In this document: in pieces, positions 17,711 through 26,955 of the stretch
How the letters are laid out: each line of letters opens with the position of its first letter
How positions within the stretch are numbered: the first letter of the stretch is position 1
Assembly: GCA_037442885.1 (NCBI GenBank)
Contig: JBBIPK010000001.1
Location: forward strand, 6,431 to 70,430
DNA from: Acidobacteriota bacterium
Lineage (GTDB): Bacteria > Acidobacteriota > Terriglobia > Acidiferrales > 2-02-FULL-67-57
DNA length: 64,000 nt
Direction of reading: 5' to 3'
The notes under the pieces: generated by a model
The model's database searches: none
What the model saw: only the letters and a program-made list of their open reading frames with translations
What the model was told of the DNA's origin: nothing
Made by a program: the position numbers and the translations under genes

Positions 17711-20700
17711 ATGACCACGTGTCTGCGTACTCTCGCCATTGTCTTCTTGCTCGTACTTCTCAACGCTGCACCCGCCTGGGCACAGGCCACGGGTTCCTTG
17801 ACCGGAACCGTCACCGATCCGACCGACGCGGTGGTTCCCGACGCCAAAGTAACCCTCACCCACATTGACACCGGTGTGGTCCGCGAGACCACCACCGGCA
17901 GCGTCGGCATCTATATCTTTCCGCAACTGCCTCCCGGAGTGTATCGGTTAGAAATCTCCAAGGAAGGTTTCCGGACTGCTGTGCAGCCCCACGTCGTAGT
18001 GCAAGTAGCAACGGCCATGACGCTCAACGTCCAGATGGAAGTTGGGGCAGTGGCGGAGAGCGTGGAAGTGGAGGCCACCACCACGGTTCTGAATACGCAG
18101 GACGCCAGCCTGGGAACCGCGTTCACGGGCATCCAGGTGCAGAACCTGCCCATGGAAGGGCGCGACCCAGCCGGCTTGTTGAGCTTGCAGGCGGGCGTGA
18201 CCTTCGTTCCTGGCGCCTTCGCCGGGGATACCCGGGGCGGGTCAGCGTTTGATTCGCGCAGCGGCAGCGTCTTCGGCTCCCGCAGCGATCAGAGCAACGT
18301 CACGCTCGACGGCATCGACGTCAACGATCCCCAGTTCAACTTCGCGTTCAACAGCGCCCTGCGGGTGACGCTCGATTCGCTGGCCGAATTCCGCGTCAAC
18401 ACCACCAGCTACAACGCCGACCTGGGGCGGTCGTCGGCCGCGCAGGTCATTCTGGTGACCAAGAGCGGGACGAACGAACTGCACGGATCCGCCTACTGGT
18501 ACCACCGCAACGAGGCCACGGCCGCCAACGAGTGGTTCCTCAATGCCGCCGACGTGGAGAAGCGGAAGCTGCGCAAGCACATCTTCGGGGCCTCGCTGGG
18601 CGGGCCGATTGTGAAAGACCGCTTCTTCCTCTTCGGCAACTGGGAAGAGCTGCGCCGCTCGACGGAAGAATCCGTGGTGCGCCAGATTCCCTCTTGGGCC
18701 TTCCGGCACGGGTACCTCACCTACCAGTGTGCCGACCCCGAGGATCCCGGCTGCGCCGGCGGCCCGGTGACGATTGCCGGGCAGACGGTTATGGTACCCG
18801 CGGGTTTCCACCTGTTGACTCCCGCGGAGATGACGACCCTGGATTTGCGCCCCTGGTCGGCGGATCCCTACTGCGACCCGGTGAACACGGGAGCCGCCTG
18901 CGGCGTCAACCAGTTCGCTCTCGCTTACTTCCAGCAGTATCCGCTGCCCAATGACACCACCATCGGCGACGGCTACAACTACATGGGATATCGCTTTGCC
19001 GCGCCCATCAAAGACACGCTGCGGGCCTACGTGCTCCGCGCCGACTACAACCTCACCGCGAGCGGCAGCCACACGCTCTTCTTCCGAGGCAACCTCCAAG
19101 ACGACACGGAGGCGAGCGCGCCGCAGTTTCCCGGGCAGCCGCCGAGCACGCTCACTCTCACCAACAACAAGGGCTTCGCGGTGGGTTACAAAGCGCTGCT
19201 CAGCCCCACTGTGGTCAACAGCTTCCGCTACGGTCTGACTCGCATCAAAGAGGAGAATGCGGGGCTACAGAACCGGGACTTCTTTGACTTCCGCTTCGTT
19301 GATGAGATTCAAAACTTCGACTCCGACACGTATGGTCGCACCATCCCCGCGCACCATTTCAAGAACGACCTCACCTGGATCCGCGGCACGCACACCATCA
19401 CCCTCGGGGCCGACATCCGCTACACCCGCAACAGCCGCTACAACAACGGGGGGAACTTCCACGCCTTCAGCAGCAACCCCTCCTGGTTTCTTGGTGTGGG
19501 CGGGCGCATCACGCCTGGGGAAGCCCGCTGCGTGGACACGTATGGCGGGTGTCTGACTCTGCCGGCGGTGGCGAGCGCGTTCCGCAGCAACTTCCACGAC
19601 GCCGCGGAAAACCTGCTGGCCATGTACTCGCAGGTGAACTCGGTCTACAACTACGACCGGGAGGGAAACATCCTTCCCCACGGGGAAGCGATCCGCCGCA
19701 AGTTCGGCGCCGACGAATACGAATTCTTCTTCCAGGATTCCTGGCGGGCCACTCCGGCCCTGACTTTGACGTACGGGGTGCGGTATGGCGTCTATTCGCC
19801 CCCATGGGAGGTGAACGGCAACCAAGTGGCGCCCACCATTAGCCTGGGTCGGCTGTTCGAGACCCGTGCCCGGGGCATGCGCATCGGAATCCCCGACAAT
19901 GCCTATCCCCGTTTCGGCTTCGACCTCGCCGGCCCGGCCAACGACCGCCCCGGTTACTACGCTTGGGACTGGAACAACTGGTCTCCCCGGGTGGCGGTGG
20001 CCTGGGCACCGCGTTTCAGGGAGGGTTTCCTGGGCAAGCTGTTCGGCGACGGCAAGCTCGTTCTCCGCGGCGGCTACTCCATCGTCTACGACCGCATCGG
20101 GCATGGGCTGGCCACCTCCTTCGATGAGGCCGGCTCTTTTGGAATGGCCACCAGCATCGCCACGCCCTATGGCACTACGTTGGAAGAGACCGCTGTTCGC
20201 TTTACCGGGACCTTCAACATTCCTTTCGCGGATGTGCTCTACCCGGCGCCCCCGGGCGGATTTCCGCAGGAGCCCCCCGCGGAGTGGAATACAATCGATT
20301 GGGGCTTGGACGACACGATCATCACCCCGTACTCCCACACCATCAACTTCTCGCTGGCGCGGGAGTTTCCGGCGGACTTCCTCGTGGAAGTGGGCTACGT
20401 CGGCCGCCGCGGCCGCCACCTGCTGACGCAGCGTGACCTCTTCATGCCACTAGACCTCTGCGATCCCATCTCCGGCAGGTGTTACTTCGAGTCCGTGCAG
20501 GAGTTGATCAAGATGGGCGAGCAAGGTGTGGACATCCTTACGTTGGCGCCCATTCCCTACTGGGAGAATATGTTCCCCAGCTTCGGCCCCACGGGCGCGA
20601 ATGCCGGCTATCTGGGCTGCGACATCTGGGGCGTAGATCCCGGCTGGACAGGCGGGTTCTCGGCTACCCAGGTGGCCTATGACTGGTGGATGTGCATGGA

Positions 20701-21649
20701 GCCCGACTACACCTATGCCCCCTATCTGATTGACCTCTACGGGTATCCTGGGGTCGCCAACACGGGTAATCCTTCCTTCGCCGTGGGCGGCCCCTACTCC
20801 TTCTTCAACGACGTCTACAACGCCCTGGCAGCCTGGAGTTCGGTGGGCCGCTCGGAATACCACGGGATGATTCTGAGCGCACGCAAGCGCTTGAGCCACG
20901 GAGTGCAGTTCGACTTCAACTACACCTGGTCGAAGTCGCGTGACCACACTTCCGAGGCCGAGTACGCCGACCTCTACGGGGGCATCTTCACCGGTGGCTA
21001 CAGCGGCTTTATCGTCAATTCCTGGGAGCCGCAGCGGAGTTACTCCTACTCCGACTTCGACATGCGCCACCAGATGAACGGCAACTGGTACATCGAGCTG
21101 CCCTTCGGCCGAGGCAAGGCGCTCGGCGGCGGCATTCCCGGCTGGGCCGACCAGATCATCGGTGGCTGGTCGTTCTCCGGTCTCTGGCGTTGGACCAGCG
21201 GCTTGCCAGCCAACGCCATCAACGGGCGCGCCTGGCCCACCAACTGGAACGTGCAAGGCAACGCCACTTGCATCGTTGAGCAGGGGTGCCCGGCCACCAA
21301 GACCACGAAGCTGCCCGAAGGGCCTAATCTCTACGCCGATCCCGCGGCCGCCTTCGCGCAGTTCCGCTGGAGCCGGCCGGGGGAGGTTGGAGAGCGCAAC
21401 ATCCTGCGTGGCGATGGCTACTTTGGCATCGACCTGGGCATCGGCAAGCGCTTCAGCATGCCTTGGGAGGGTCACAGTCTGCGGTTCCTCTGGCAGGTCT
21501 TCAACGTCACCAACACCCCCAGCTTTGATACCAACTCGCTCTCGAACAGCATCGGTACGCCCGCGACCTTTGGCCGCTACTCGGAAGTGCTGGGCCCGCG
21601 AGATGGCGGGGCGCGGGTCATGCAGTTCGCGTTGCGCTACGAGTTCTGA
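17711..21649 (+). CDS. TonB-dependent outer-membrane receptor with an N-terminal carboxypeptidase-regulatory-like domain
   Basis: Signal peptide 'LLVLLNAAPAWAQ'. CarboxypepD_reg pattern 'GSLTGTVTDPTDAVVPDAKVTLTHIDTGVVRETTTGSVGIYIFPQLPPGVYRL'. 1312 aa, C-terminal 'LRYEF', SD GAAGGAGGG. Confidence 0.9.
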   Translation: MTTCLRTLAIVFLLVLLNAAPAWAQATGSLTGTVTDPTDAVVPDAKVTLTHIDTGVVRETTTGSVGIYIFPQLPPGVYRLEISKEGFRTAVQPHVVVQVATAMTLNVQMEVGAVAESVEVEATTTVLNTQDASLGTAFTGIQVQNLPMEGRDPAGLLSLQAGVTFVPGAFAGDTRGGSAFDSRSGSVFGSRSDQSNVTLDGIDVNDPQFNFAFNSALRVTLDSLAEFRVNTTSYNADLGRSSAAQVILVTKSGTNELHGSAYWYHRNEATAANEWFLNAADVEKRKLRKHIFGASLGGPIVKDRFFLFGNWEELRRSTEESVVRQIPSWAFRHGYLTYQCADPEDPGCAGGPVTIAGQTVMVPAGFHLLTPAEMTTLDLRPWSADPYCDPVNTGAACGVNQFALAYFQQYPLPNDTTIGDGYNYMGYRFAAPIKDTLRAYVLRADYNLTASGSHTLFFRGNLQDDTEASAPQFPGQPPSTLTLTNNKGFAVGYKALLSPTVVNSFRYGLTRIKEENAGLQNRDFFDFRFVDEIQNFDSDTYGRTIPAHHFKNDLTWIRGTHTITLGADIRYTRNSRYNNGGNFHAFSSNPSWFLGVGGRITPGEARCVDTYGGCLTLPAVASAFRSNFHDAAENLLAMYSQVNSVYNYDREGNILPHGEAIRRKFGADEYEFFFQDSWRATPALTLTYGVRYGVYSPPWEVNGNQVAPTISLGRLFETRARGMRIGIPDNAYPRFGFDLAGPANDRPGYYAWDWNNWSPRVAVAWAPRFREGFLGKLFGDGKLVLRGGYSIVYDRIGHGLATSFDEAGSFGMATSIATPYGTTLEETAVRFTGTFNIPFADVLYPAPPGGFPQEPPAEWNTIDWGLDDTIITPYSHTINFSLAREFPADFLVEVGYVGRRGRHLLTQRDLFMPLDLCDPISGRCYFESVQELIKMGEQGVDILTLAPIPYWENMFPSFGPTGANAGYLGCDIWGVDPGWTGGFSATQVAYDWWMCMEPDYTYAPYLIDLYGYPGVANTGNPSFAVGGPYSFFNDVYNALAAWSSVGRSEYHGMILSARKRLSHGVQFDFNYTWSKSRDHTSEAEYADLYGGIFTGGYSGFIVNSWEPQRSYSYSDFDMRHQMNGNWYIELPFGRGKALGGGIPGWADQIIGGWSFSGLWRWTSGLPANAINGRAWPTNWNVQGNATCIVEQGCPATKTTKLPEGPNLYADPAAAFAQFRWSRPGEVGERNILRGDGYFGIDLGIGKRFSMPWEGHSLRFLWQVFNVTNTPSFDTNSLSNSIGTPATFGRYSEVLGPRDGGARVMQFALRYEF

Positions 21650-21674
21650 GCGAACCCAGGTTCTGGAACGGCTT

Positions 21675-21710
21675 CGGGCCTCCTCTTCCGAGGAGGCCCG
21701 ATTGCTTCTT
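21675..21710 (+). terminator. Rho-independent terminator, probably bidirectional (between the convergent receptor gene and miaA)
   Basis: An 11-bp perfect stem cgggcctcctc (21675-85) / gaggaggcccg (21690-700) with loop ttcc, followed by attgcttctt. Confidence 0.65.
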
Positions 21711-21734
21711 GGAGTCCGGGTCGGCAGGAAGTCG

Positions 21735-22709
21735 CTAGGCGGAGGAGTTGGCCGACGCGGCCGGCAGCAATTCGCCGATATAGGCCAGGACTTCGCGCTG
21801 GATGGCCGGGTCGTCGCCGAAGCCAGCAAACCAGCGCACGTCGGGCTCCTTGCGGAACCAGGTAATCTGGCGCTTGGCGAACTGGCGCGTCTCGTGTTTG
21901 ATTCGTTTGACAGCTTCCGTGAAGGTCAGTTCTCCGCGCAGATGGGCGACCAGCTGGCGGTAGCCGAGAAAGCCGAAGGGCTTGGCGGTGGGCGGGAAGC
22001 GTTGGAGCAAACGGCGCACTTCGTCCAGCCAGCCGGCGGCCAGCATTTGCTCGACGCGCTCGTCAATGCGGCGGTAGAGGTCGGGGCGCGGGGGCAGCAG
22101 GCCGAGCTTGATGACGACATAGCCCTCCAGGGCGTCGCGGCCGGCGGCAAACAGCTCGCTACGAGGCCGCCGTGCCTGGAAGTACACCTCGAGCGCACGC
22201 ACTATCTTCGGAACATCGCGCGGCGCGATGGCGCGTGCCGAAGTCGCATCCAGGCGTGCCAGCATTCGATGAAGATAGGCTCCACCCCTCTCGCCGGCGC
22301 ACTGCACCAGGCGCGCGCGCAGCTCCGGCGAGCGACGTGGCAGCGGCGACAAACCTTCAAGGAAGGCGCGCAAGTAGAGCCCGCTGCCGGCGGTAACGAT
22401 GGGAAGGTGTCCGCGAGCCGTTACCTGAGCCAGAACGCGCCGGGCGTGTTCCTTGTAGTCACCCGCCGTGAACCCTTCCAGTGCCCCGATGAGACCCACC
22501 AAGTGCTGGGATGTGCCGCGATATTCCGCGATGTCCTTGCCGGTGCCGATGTCGAAGTCGCGATAGACCTGCGTGGAATCACAGGCCAGGATCTCACCGG
22601 CGAGGCGCTCGGCCAGGCGGATGGCGAGAGCCGACTTGCCGCTGGCAGTCGGTCCGAGGATAACGAGCAACGGATGGCCGGTTCGCATCAGAATCCCAGC
22701 CAGCGCCAA
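21735..22709 (-). CDS. miaA: tRNA dimethylallyltransferase
   Basis: P-loop 'ILGPTASGKS' and MiaA-typical 'DSTQVYRDFDIGTGK'. An alternative start is ATG 22688 (MRTGHPLL...). Confidence 0.9.
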   Translation of the reverse strand: MALAGILMRTGHPLLVILGPTASGKSALAIRLAERLAGEILACDSTQVYRDFDIGTGKDIAEYRGTSQHLVGLIGALEGFTAGDYKEHARRVLAQVTARGHLPIVTAGSGLYLRAFLEGLSPLPRRSPELRARLVQCAGERGGAYLHRMLARLDATSARAIAPRDVPKIVRALEVYFQARRPRSELFAAGRDALEGYVVIKLGLLPPRPDLYRRIDERVEQMLAAGWLDEVRRLLQRFPPTAKPFGFLGYRQLVAHLRGELTFTEAVKRIKHETRQFAKRQITWFRKEPDVRWFAGFGDDPAIQREVLAYIGELLPAASANSSA

Positions 22710-22786
22710 TAGCGGAGCAACAAGTAGCCGAGGAGAAGAGCGAGAAGGAGCAACAGGCCGGCCAGTTGACTCCGCTCAAGCTTCAT
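22688..22786 (-). CDS. Possible 32-codon hydrophobic small ORF (absent from the ORF track)
   Basis: Hand translation gives ATG 22786 ... TGA 22690-88 = MKLERSQLAGLLLLLALLLGYLLLRYWRWLGF. Its TGA overlaps the alternative miaA ATG (TGATG). No SD was seen. It could be a chance product of GC-rich sequence. Confidence 0.2.
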   Translation of the reverse strand: MKLERSQLAGLLLLLALLLGYLLLRYWRWLGF

Positions 22787-22804
22787 CGAAGGGTGGGCCG
22801 GTAC

Positions 22805-23821
22805 TTACGGCTCGCGATAGTCGAGCGGCAGATTGTACAGGAAGGTGAATTGCAGAATGATGTGTTCACCGGTGAATTCCGGGGGCAGCGCGGGGAACGG
22901 CTGTGCGGCGCGGATGGCACCGAAGGCTGCGCGGTCAAAGGGGAGGAAGTCGGAAGAGCGCACGAGCGCAGGCTCTTCCGGCGGCACCCCGCCATCCTTG
23001 AGAATGCGAAAAACGATCACCACTCGCCCGCGCTGGCCCAGGCGAGCCGCTTCCGGCATCACCGCGTACCAATTCTTTTTCACGTCGTAGAGCAGCCGCG
23101 CCAAGTAGGGACCAAAATCCACGCCGCGCGTGTCGGAAAGGATCAGTGGGAACGGCGTGTTCAAATTGGGCAGCGAGGGCAGAGCCCCACGGGCATCGCC
23201 GCCGGTTCCTGGCTGGCGGCCTTGCTGCATGGCGCGCAATGACTCCTCAATCATCCGCCCCGCCGTGCCGGAAGGAATTTCCAACTTGGGAGACTGACTC
23301 GACCGCTCCGGCAAGTTTTCGAGTCGCGCGAGTTCCCGGCGCCGCTCCTGATCGGTTTGGCCGGGCCGTTCCTCGGCCTCGCCGCCCTGCCCGCTTCCCG
23401 GTTTTCTCCGCTCTGGGAGGCGCTCGGACTCAACTCCGGACGTCTCCGTTTCACCCGTGAGGGGAGGCATGATGGGTGCAGGCAGGACACGGCGGAGTTC
23501 GCGCGGGTCAACCGTGAACGGCGTGCGGATGACCGCGCGCTTGCGTTCCTCCGGGGTGAGCTCTTCTTTCTTGGGCTCGGGAATCTTCAGCAGGTCGGAC
23601 GGAATGTAGAGCAGCGTCAACTGGCGGCGCGCTAACTCTTCCGCAAGCTCTGGCGATAACGGTTCCGGCTGGAACACGCGCAGCACTTTGGGGTTGGCGA
23701 GCACAAAGATGACAAACCCCAGGTGCAGCACCAGTGAGACAAGGCTGGACTCGCGCCGCCGACTCGGCGCGTGCGCGTCGACGACTTCCGGAAGCAGCTG
23801 CAGTTCGGTTGCTGTTGCCAT
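22805..23821 (-). CDS. tonB: Energy transducer TonB family protein
   Basis: N-terminal TM 'LVSLVLHLGFVIFVLA', a Pro/Glu/Lys-rich linker, and a C-terminal TonB domain 'GRVVIVFRILKDGGV...FDRAAFGAIRAAQPFPALP'. The start is ATG 23821 or TTG 23830. The latter overlaps the upstream stop as TTGA. Confidence 0.8.
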   Translation of the reverse strand: MATATELQLLPEVVDAHAPSRRRESSLVSLVLHLGFVIFVLANPKVLRVFQPEPLSPELAEELARRQLTLLYIPSDLLKIPEPKKEELTPEERKRAVIRTPFTVDPRELRRVLPAPIMPPLTGETETSGVESERLPERRKPGSGQGGEAEERPGQTDQERRRELARLENLPERSSQSPKLEIPSGTAGRMIEESLRAMQQGRQPGTGGDARGALPSLPNLNTPFPLILSDTRGVDFGPYLARLLYDVKKNWYAVMPEAARLGQRGRVVIVFRILKDGGVPPEEPALVRSSDFLPFDRAAFGAIRAAQPFPALPPEFTGEHIILQFTFLYNLPLDYREP

Positions 23822-23826
23822 CGCGA

Positions 23827-24810
23827 TCAACTCATCGCGGCGGGGAAGGCCGCAGCCGGAACCTTGCGCGCATGCTCCGCAATCGCCCCCGCCACGCGGT
23901 TGGCCAGCTCCAATGCCCGGCGGCCTTCCGATCCGTTCGCCGGGGCTGGTTGGCGCGTCCGCACCGCCTGCAGGAAGGCTGCGAGTTCAGCAGCCAGCGG
24001 CTCAGTAACCTCAGTCGGAAGCGACTGGAAACTCAGCCGAGGTTCGTCCACGGTCTTCCCACCGGCGTCCACGCCTATCACGAGCACATCCTGCCGCGAG
24101 AAGTCGAGCGAGACATACTGGCCCGGCTGGAAAAATCGCAGCTTGCGAACCTTTTCCGTGCTGACGCGGCTGGCCGTGACATTGGCGACGCAACCGCCGG
24201 CAAACTCCAGCCGTGCGTTCGCAATGTCCACCTTGGACGAGAGAATCGGGATCCCAACCGCACGCACCTCCGTGGGCATCTCGCCAACAAAACTGAGAAT
24301 GACGTCGAGGTCGTGAATCATCACGTCGTAGATGACGTCCACATCCAGACTGCGGCCGGAGAAGCCGCCCAGCCGGTGCACCTCAAAAAAGAGCGGCGTG
24401 GTCACGATTCCCTGCGCGGCCACCGTGGCCGGGTTGAACCGCTCCGTGTGACCCACTTGTAAGATGCGCCCGGCACGCTCGGCGGTCGCCAGCAGTTGAT
24501 CCGCCTCCGCGAGAGACGCGGTCATGGGTTTCTCTACCAGCACATCCACTCCCCTCTCCAGCAGTTCGGTGCCAACGCGGGCATGCTCGTTCGTCGGCAC
24601 GGCCACGCTGGCCGCTTGAATCTCCCGCGCCAATTCCTGGAGGGAGCCGAAGACGTGGGTTCCGTGTGCGCCCGCGATTTCCTCCGCCCGCGCCCGGTTG
24701 ATGTCGAAGATGCCGACGAGTTCGGCCTCGGGCAAGTCGCGATAGATGCGAACGTGATGCCGCCCGAAATCACCGACGCCAACGACACCGACACGAACTT
24801 TGTCTGCCAT
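23827..24810 (-). CDS. Gfo/Idh/MocA family oxidoreductase (lipid A cluster-associated)
   Basis: 'VRVGVVGVGDFGRHH' Rossmann N-terminus. The start is set at ATG 24810, since the track start at 24912 runs into lpxI. It sits directly downstream of lpxI, as in many LpxI-type clusters. Confidence 0.82.
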   Translation of the reverse strand: MADKVRVGVVGVGDFGRHHVRIYRDLPEAELVGIFDINRARAEEIAGAHGTHVFGSLQELAREIQAASVAVPTNEHARVGTELLERGVDVLVEKPMTASLAEADQLLATAERAGRILQVGHTERFNPATVAAQGIVTTPLFFEVHRLGGFSGRSLDVDVIYDVMIHDLDVILSFVGEMPTEVRAVGIPILSSKVDIANARLEFAGGCVANVTASRVSTEKVRKLRFFQPGQYVSLDFSRQDVLVIGVDAGGKTVDEPRLSFQSLPTEVTEPLAAELAAFLQAVRTRQPAPANGSEGRRALELANRVAGAIAEHARKVPAAAFPAAMS

Positions 24811-24817
24811 GAGGTGC

Positions 24818-25642
24818 CTAGTCCTCCGCTGGATAGGCGACAACACAGATGCCGTGCGCATTCGCGCGGCACAGAAATTCTTCGCGGTCGAGCAGCAGCG
24901 CCCGCCCGGCATCGAGTGCCAACGCCGTCGCCCGCGCCTGCTCCATCACCTCCAGCGTCGGCAGTCCGACCACTGGAACGTCAAAGCGCATGTCCTGGTT
25001 CGGCTTGCTGACTTTGACGACGACGAGCCGGCGCCCATTGGCGAGCTGAGCGGCGCGCTCGATGGTGGCATCGGTGCCCTCCATCGCCTCCACCGCCACG
25101 CAGGCGCGCTGACTCACCACCACCGTCTGGCCCACGTCGAGCGCGGCAAGAGCGCGCGCCAGCTTGCGACCGTGAACGATGTCGGCTTCTTCCTCGGCAT
25201 CGGGAGACCGCCGCGTCAGGATGCCCGGCTCGGGCAGCCAGTCACGAACGAATTCGGTCGAATCCGCGACTTCAATTCCCAGGCCCTCGATGATGCGCGC
25301 AATGGCTCCGATGAGCCGATCCGTGGACTTATCGGGCAAGCTCTCCAGAAGACGCCGGAAGGCAGTGTCGGGTGGGATATCGCTGAAGATTTTCGCGTGC
25401 TTCACCTGCCCCGCCAGAACCGCTTTGCTGACTTTCTCGGTCCGGAGAATCCCCAGCGCCTTCTCCAATTCCCCCAGACCCACCCAATGGACGCGCGCGC
25501 CAATCCCCTCAATGGCGGGCGATGTCTCTTCTCGAATCCCGATCGCGACCATCTCCACGCCTCGCTGGCGCGCCTGTTCGAGCACCCGCAACGGAAACTC
25601 GCCGTTGCCTGCAATGAGGGCATACCGTGCCTGCGTGCTCAC
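24818..25642 (-). CDS. lpxI: UDP-2,3-diacylglucosamine diphosphatase LpxI family
   Basis: 'YALIAGNGEFPL' N-terminus and 'VVVKVSKPNQDMRFDVPVVGLPT' C-terminal motif. GTG start in a GTGA overlap with the lpxA stop. Confidence 0.85.
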   Translation of the reverse strand: MSTQARYALIAGNGEFPLRVLEQARQRGVEMVAIGIREETSPAIEGIGARVHWVGLGELEKALGILRTEKVSKAVLAGQVKHAKIFSDIPPDTAFRRLLESLPDKSTDRLIGAIARIIEGLGIEVADSTEFVRDWLPEPGILTRRSPDAEEEADIVHGRKLARALAALDVGQTVVVSQRACVAVEAMEGTDATIERAAQLANGRRLVVVKVSKPNQDMRFDVPVVGLPTLEVMEQARATALALDAGRALLLDREEFLCRANAHGICVVAYPAED

Positions 25643-26415
25643 TTGATGACCCCCCGTTCAGAGCTTTCAATGAACCGCACGAGTGCTTCGATATCTTCGT
25701 TCTGGTCAAGGCTCGCCCGAATCTTCTCGATGGCCTGTGTGGTATTCAACTGCGAGCGCGTCAGCAGACGGAACGCTTTCTCCAGGCGCTCGATCCGCTC
25801 GCGGCCAAAGCCGCGCCGCTCCAGGCCGACGCTGTTCACCCCGTACACTCTTGCCTCCCGCTCCCACACCGTCCGGGAGAAGGGCAGAACATCCTGTGTG
25901 ACCACGGTGTAGCCGCCGATAAAACTGTGCCGGCCAATCCGGCAAAACTGGTGAATGCCGCAGAACGCACCGATGATGGCGTGGTCTTCAATCACCACGT
26001 GGCCAGCCAGCGTCGCCCCGTTTCCGAGAATGATGGAATCACCCAGGATGCAATCGTGGGCAATGTGCGCGTAGGCCATGACGAGGTTGTGGTTGCCGAT
26101 GCGGGTCAGGCCCCCGCCACCGGCTGTGCCCCGATGCACCGTGCAAAACTCGCGGAAGATGTTGTCGTCACCGACGATGACTGCGCTGCACTCCCCGCGG
26201 AACTTCAGGTCTTGCGGTATCAGTCCCAGGGCTGCGTGCGGAAACACTTGGTTGCGTGCGCCCATTCGTAGTGGCCCTTCGATCACGGCATGGGCACCCA
26301 CGCGGCTGCCGGGCCCAATTTCCACCTCTGCGCCGATGATGGCGTAAGGCCCCACTACCACATCCGGCGCAAGCCGCGCCCCGGAATCAATGACGGCGGT
26401 GGGATGACGGCTCAT
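25639..26415 (-). CDS. lpxA: Acyl-ACP--UDP-N-acetylglucosamine O-acyltransferase
   Basis: Left-handed beta-helix hexapeptide repeats and 'HPTAVIDSGARLAPDVVVGPYAIIG'. ATG 26415 is preferred; the alternative is GTG 26430. Confidence 0.9.
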   Translation of the reverse strand: MSRHPTAVIDSGARLAPDVVVGPYAIIGAEVEIGPGSRVGAHAVIEGPLRMGARNQVFPHAALGLIPQDLKFRGECSAVIVGDDNIFREFCTVHRGTAGGGGLTRIGNHNLVMAYAHIAHDCILGDSIILGNGATLAGHVVIEDHAIIGAFCGIHQFCRIGRHSFIGGYTVVTQDVLPFSRTVWEREARVYGVNSVGLERRGFGRERIERLEKAFRLLTRSQLNTTQAIEKIRASLDQNEDIEALVRFIESSERGVIK

Positions 26416-26445
26416 CGGCTCCCTCGCCACTCCCCAGAGTCGGGC

Positions 26446-26880
26446 TCAACGATCAACCAGCTTGCACATCACCGTGGCCTCGGCGGCCACCTGCTCCCCC
26501 ACCAGCGCTTTCCCGGCCATTTTGCAGACGTTGTTCCGCCAGTACACCATCTCAACTTCCAGGCGGAGCTGCTCTCCCGGGCGCACGGGGCGGCGGAACC
26601 GGGCTTCCTCGATGCCAGCGAAATACATCAGCTTGGCATCGCGGTCCTTGACTTCCTTCATCAGCATGAAGCCGCCCGCCTGCGCGATGGCTTCTACGAT
26701 CAACACGCCCGGCATCACCGGGTGGCCGGGAAAATGCCCTGCAAAGTAGGGCTCCTCCTCGCGAACGTTCTTCAGCGCCACTACGCGCTTGCCGGGCTCC
26801 AACTCCAAAACCGCATCCACCAACAGAAAGGGTGCCCGGTGCGGCAGAATCCGCTGGATTTCTTCGGCGTTGAAAATCAT
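26446..26880 (-). CDS. fabZ: 3-hydroxyacyl-ACP dehydratase
   Basis: 'LPHRAPFLLVD' and 'FAGHFPGHPVMPGVL' hot-dog motifs. 144 aa. Confidence 0.93.
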   Translation of the reverse strand: MIFNAEEIQRILPHRAPFLLVDAVLELEPGKRVVALKNVREEEPYFAGHFPGHPVMPGVLIVEAIAQAGGFMLMKEVKDRDAKLMYFAGIEEARFRRPVRPGEQLRLEVEMVYWRNNVCKMAGKALVGEQVAAEATVMCKLVDR

Positions 26881-26910
26881 CGCGTGCCGCCCCGCATTGT
26901 GGGACGCTCG

Positions 26911-26916
26911 ATTATA
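26911..26916 (-). promoter_or_regulatory. Candidate -10 box (TATAAT) for the fabZ-lpxA-lpxI operon
   Basis: A perfect minus-strand TATAAT, 30 nt upstream of fabZ ATG 26880. Confidence 0.35.
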
Positions 26917-26955
26917 GACGAATCAGTGTGGCTCAGCTACGATACCTGCCCGCTC

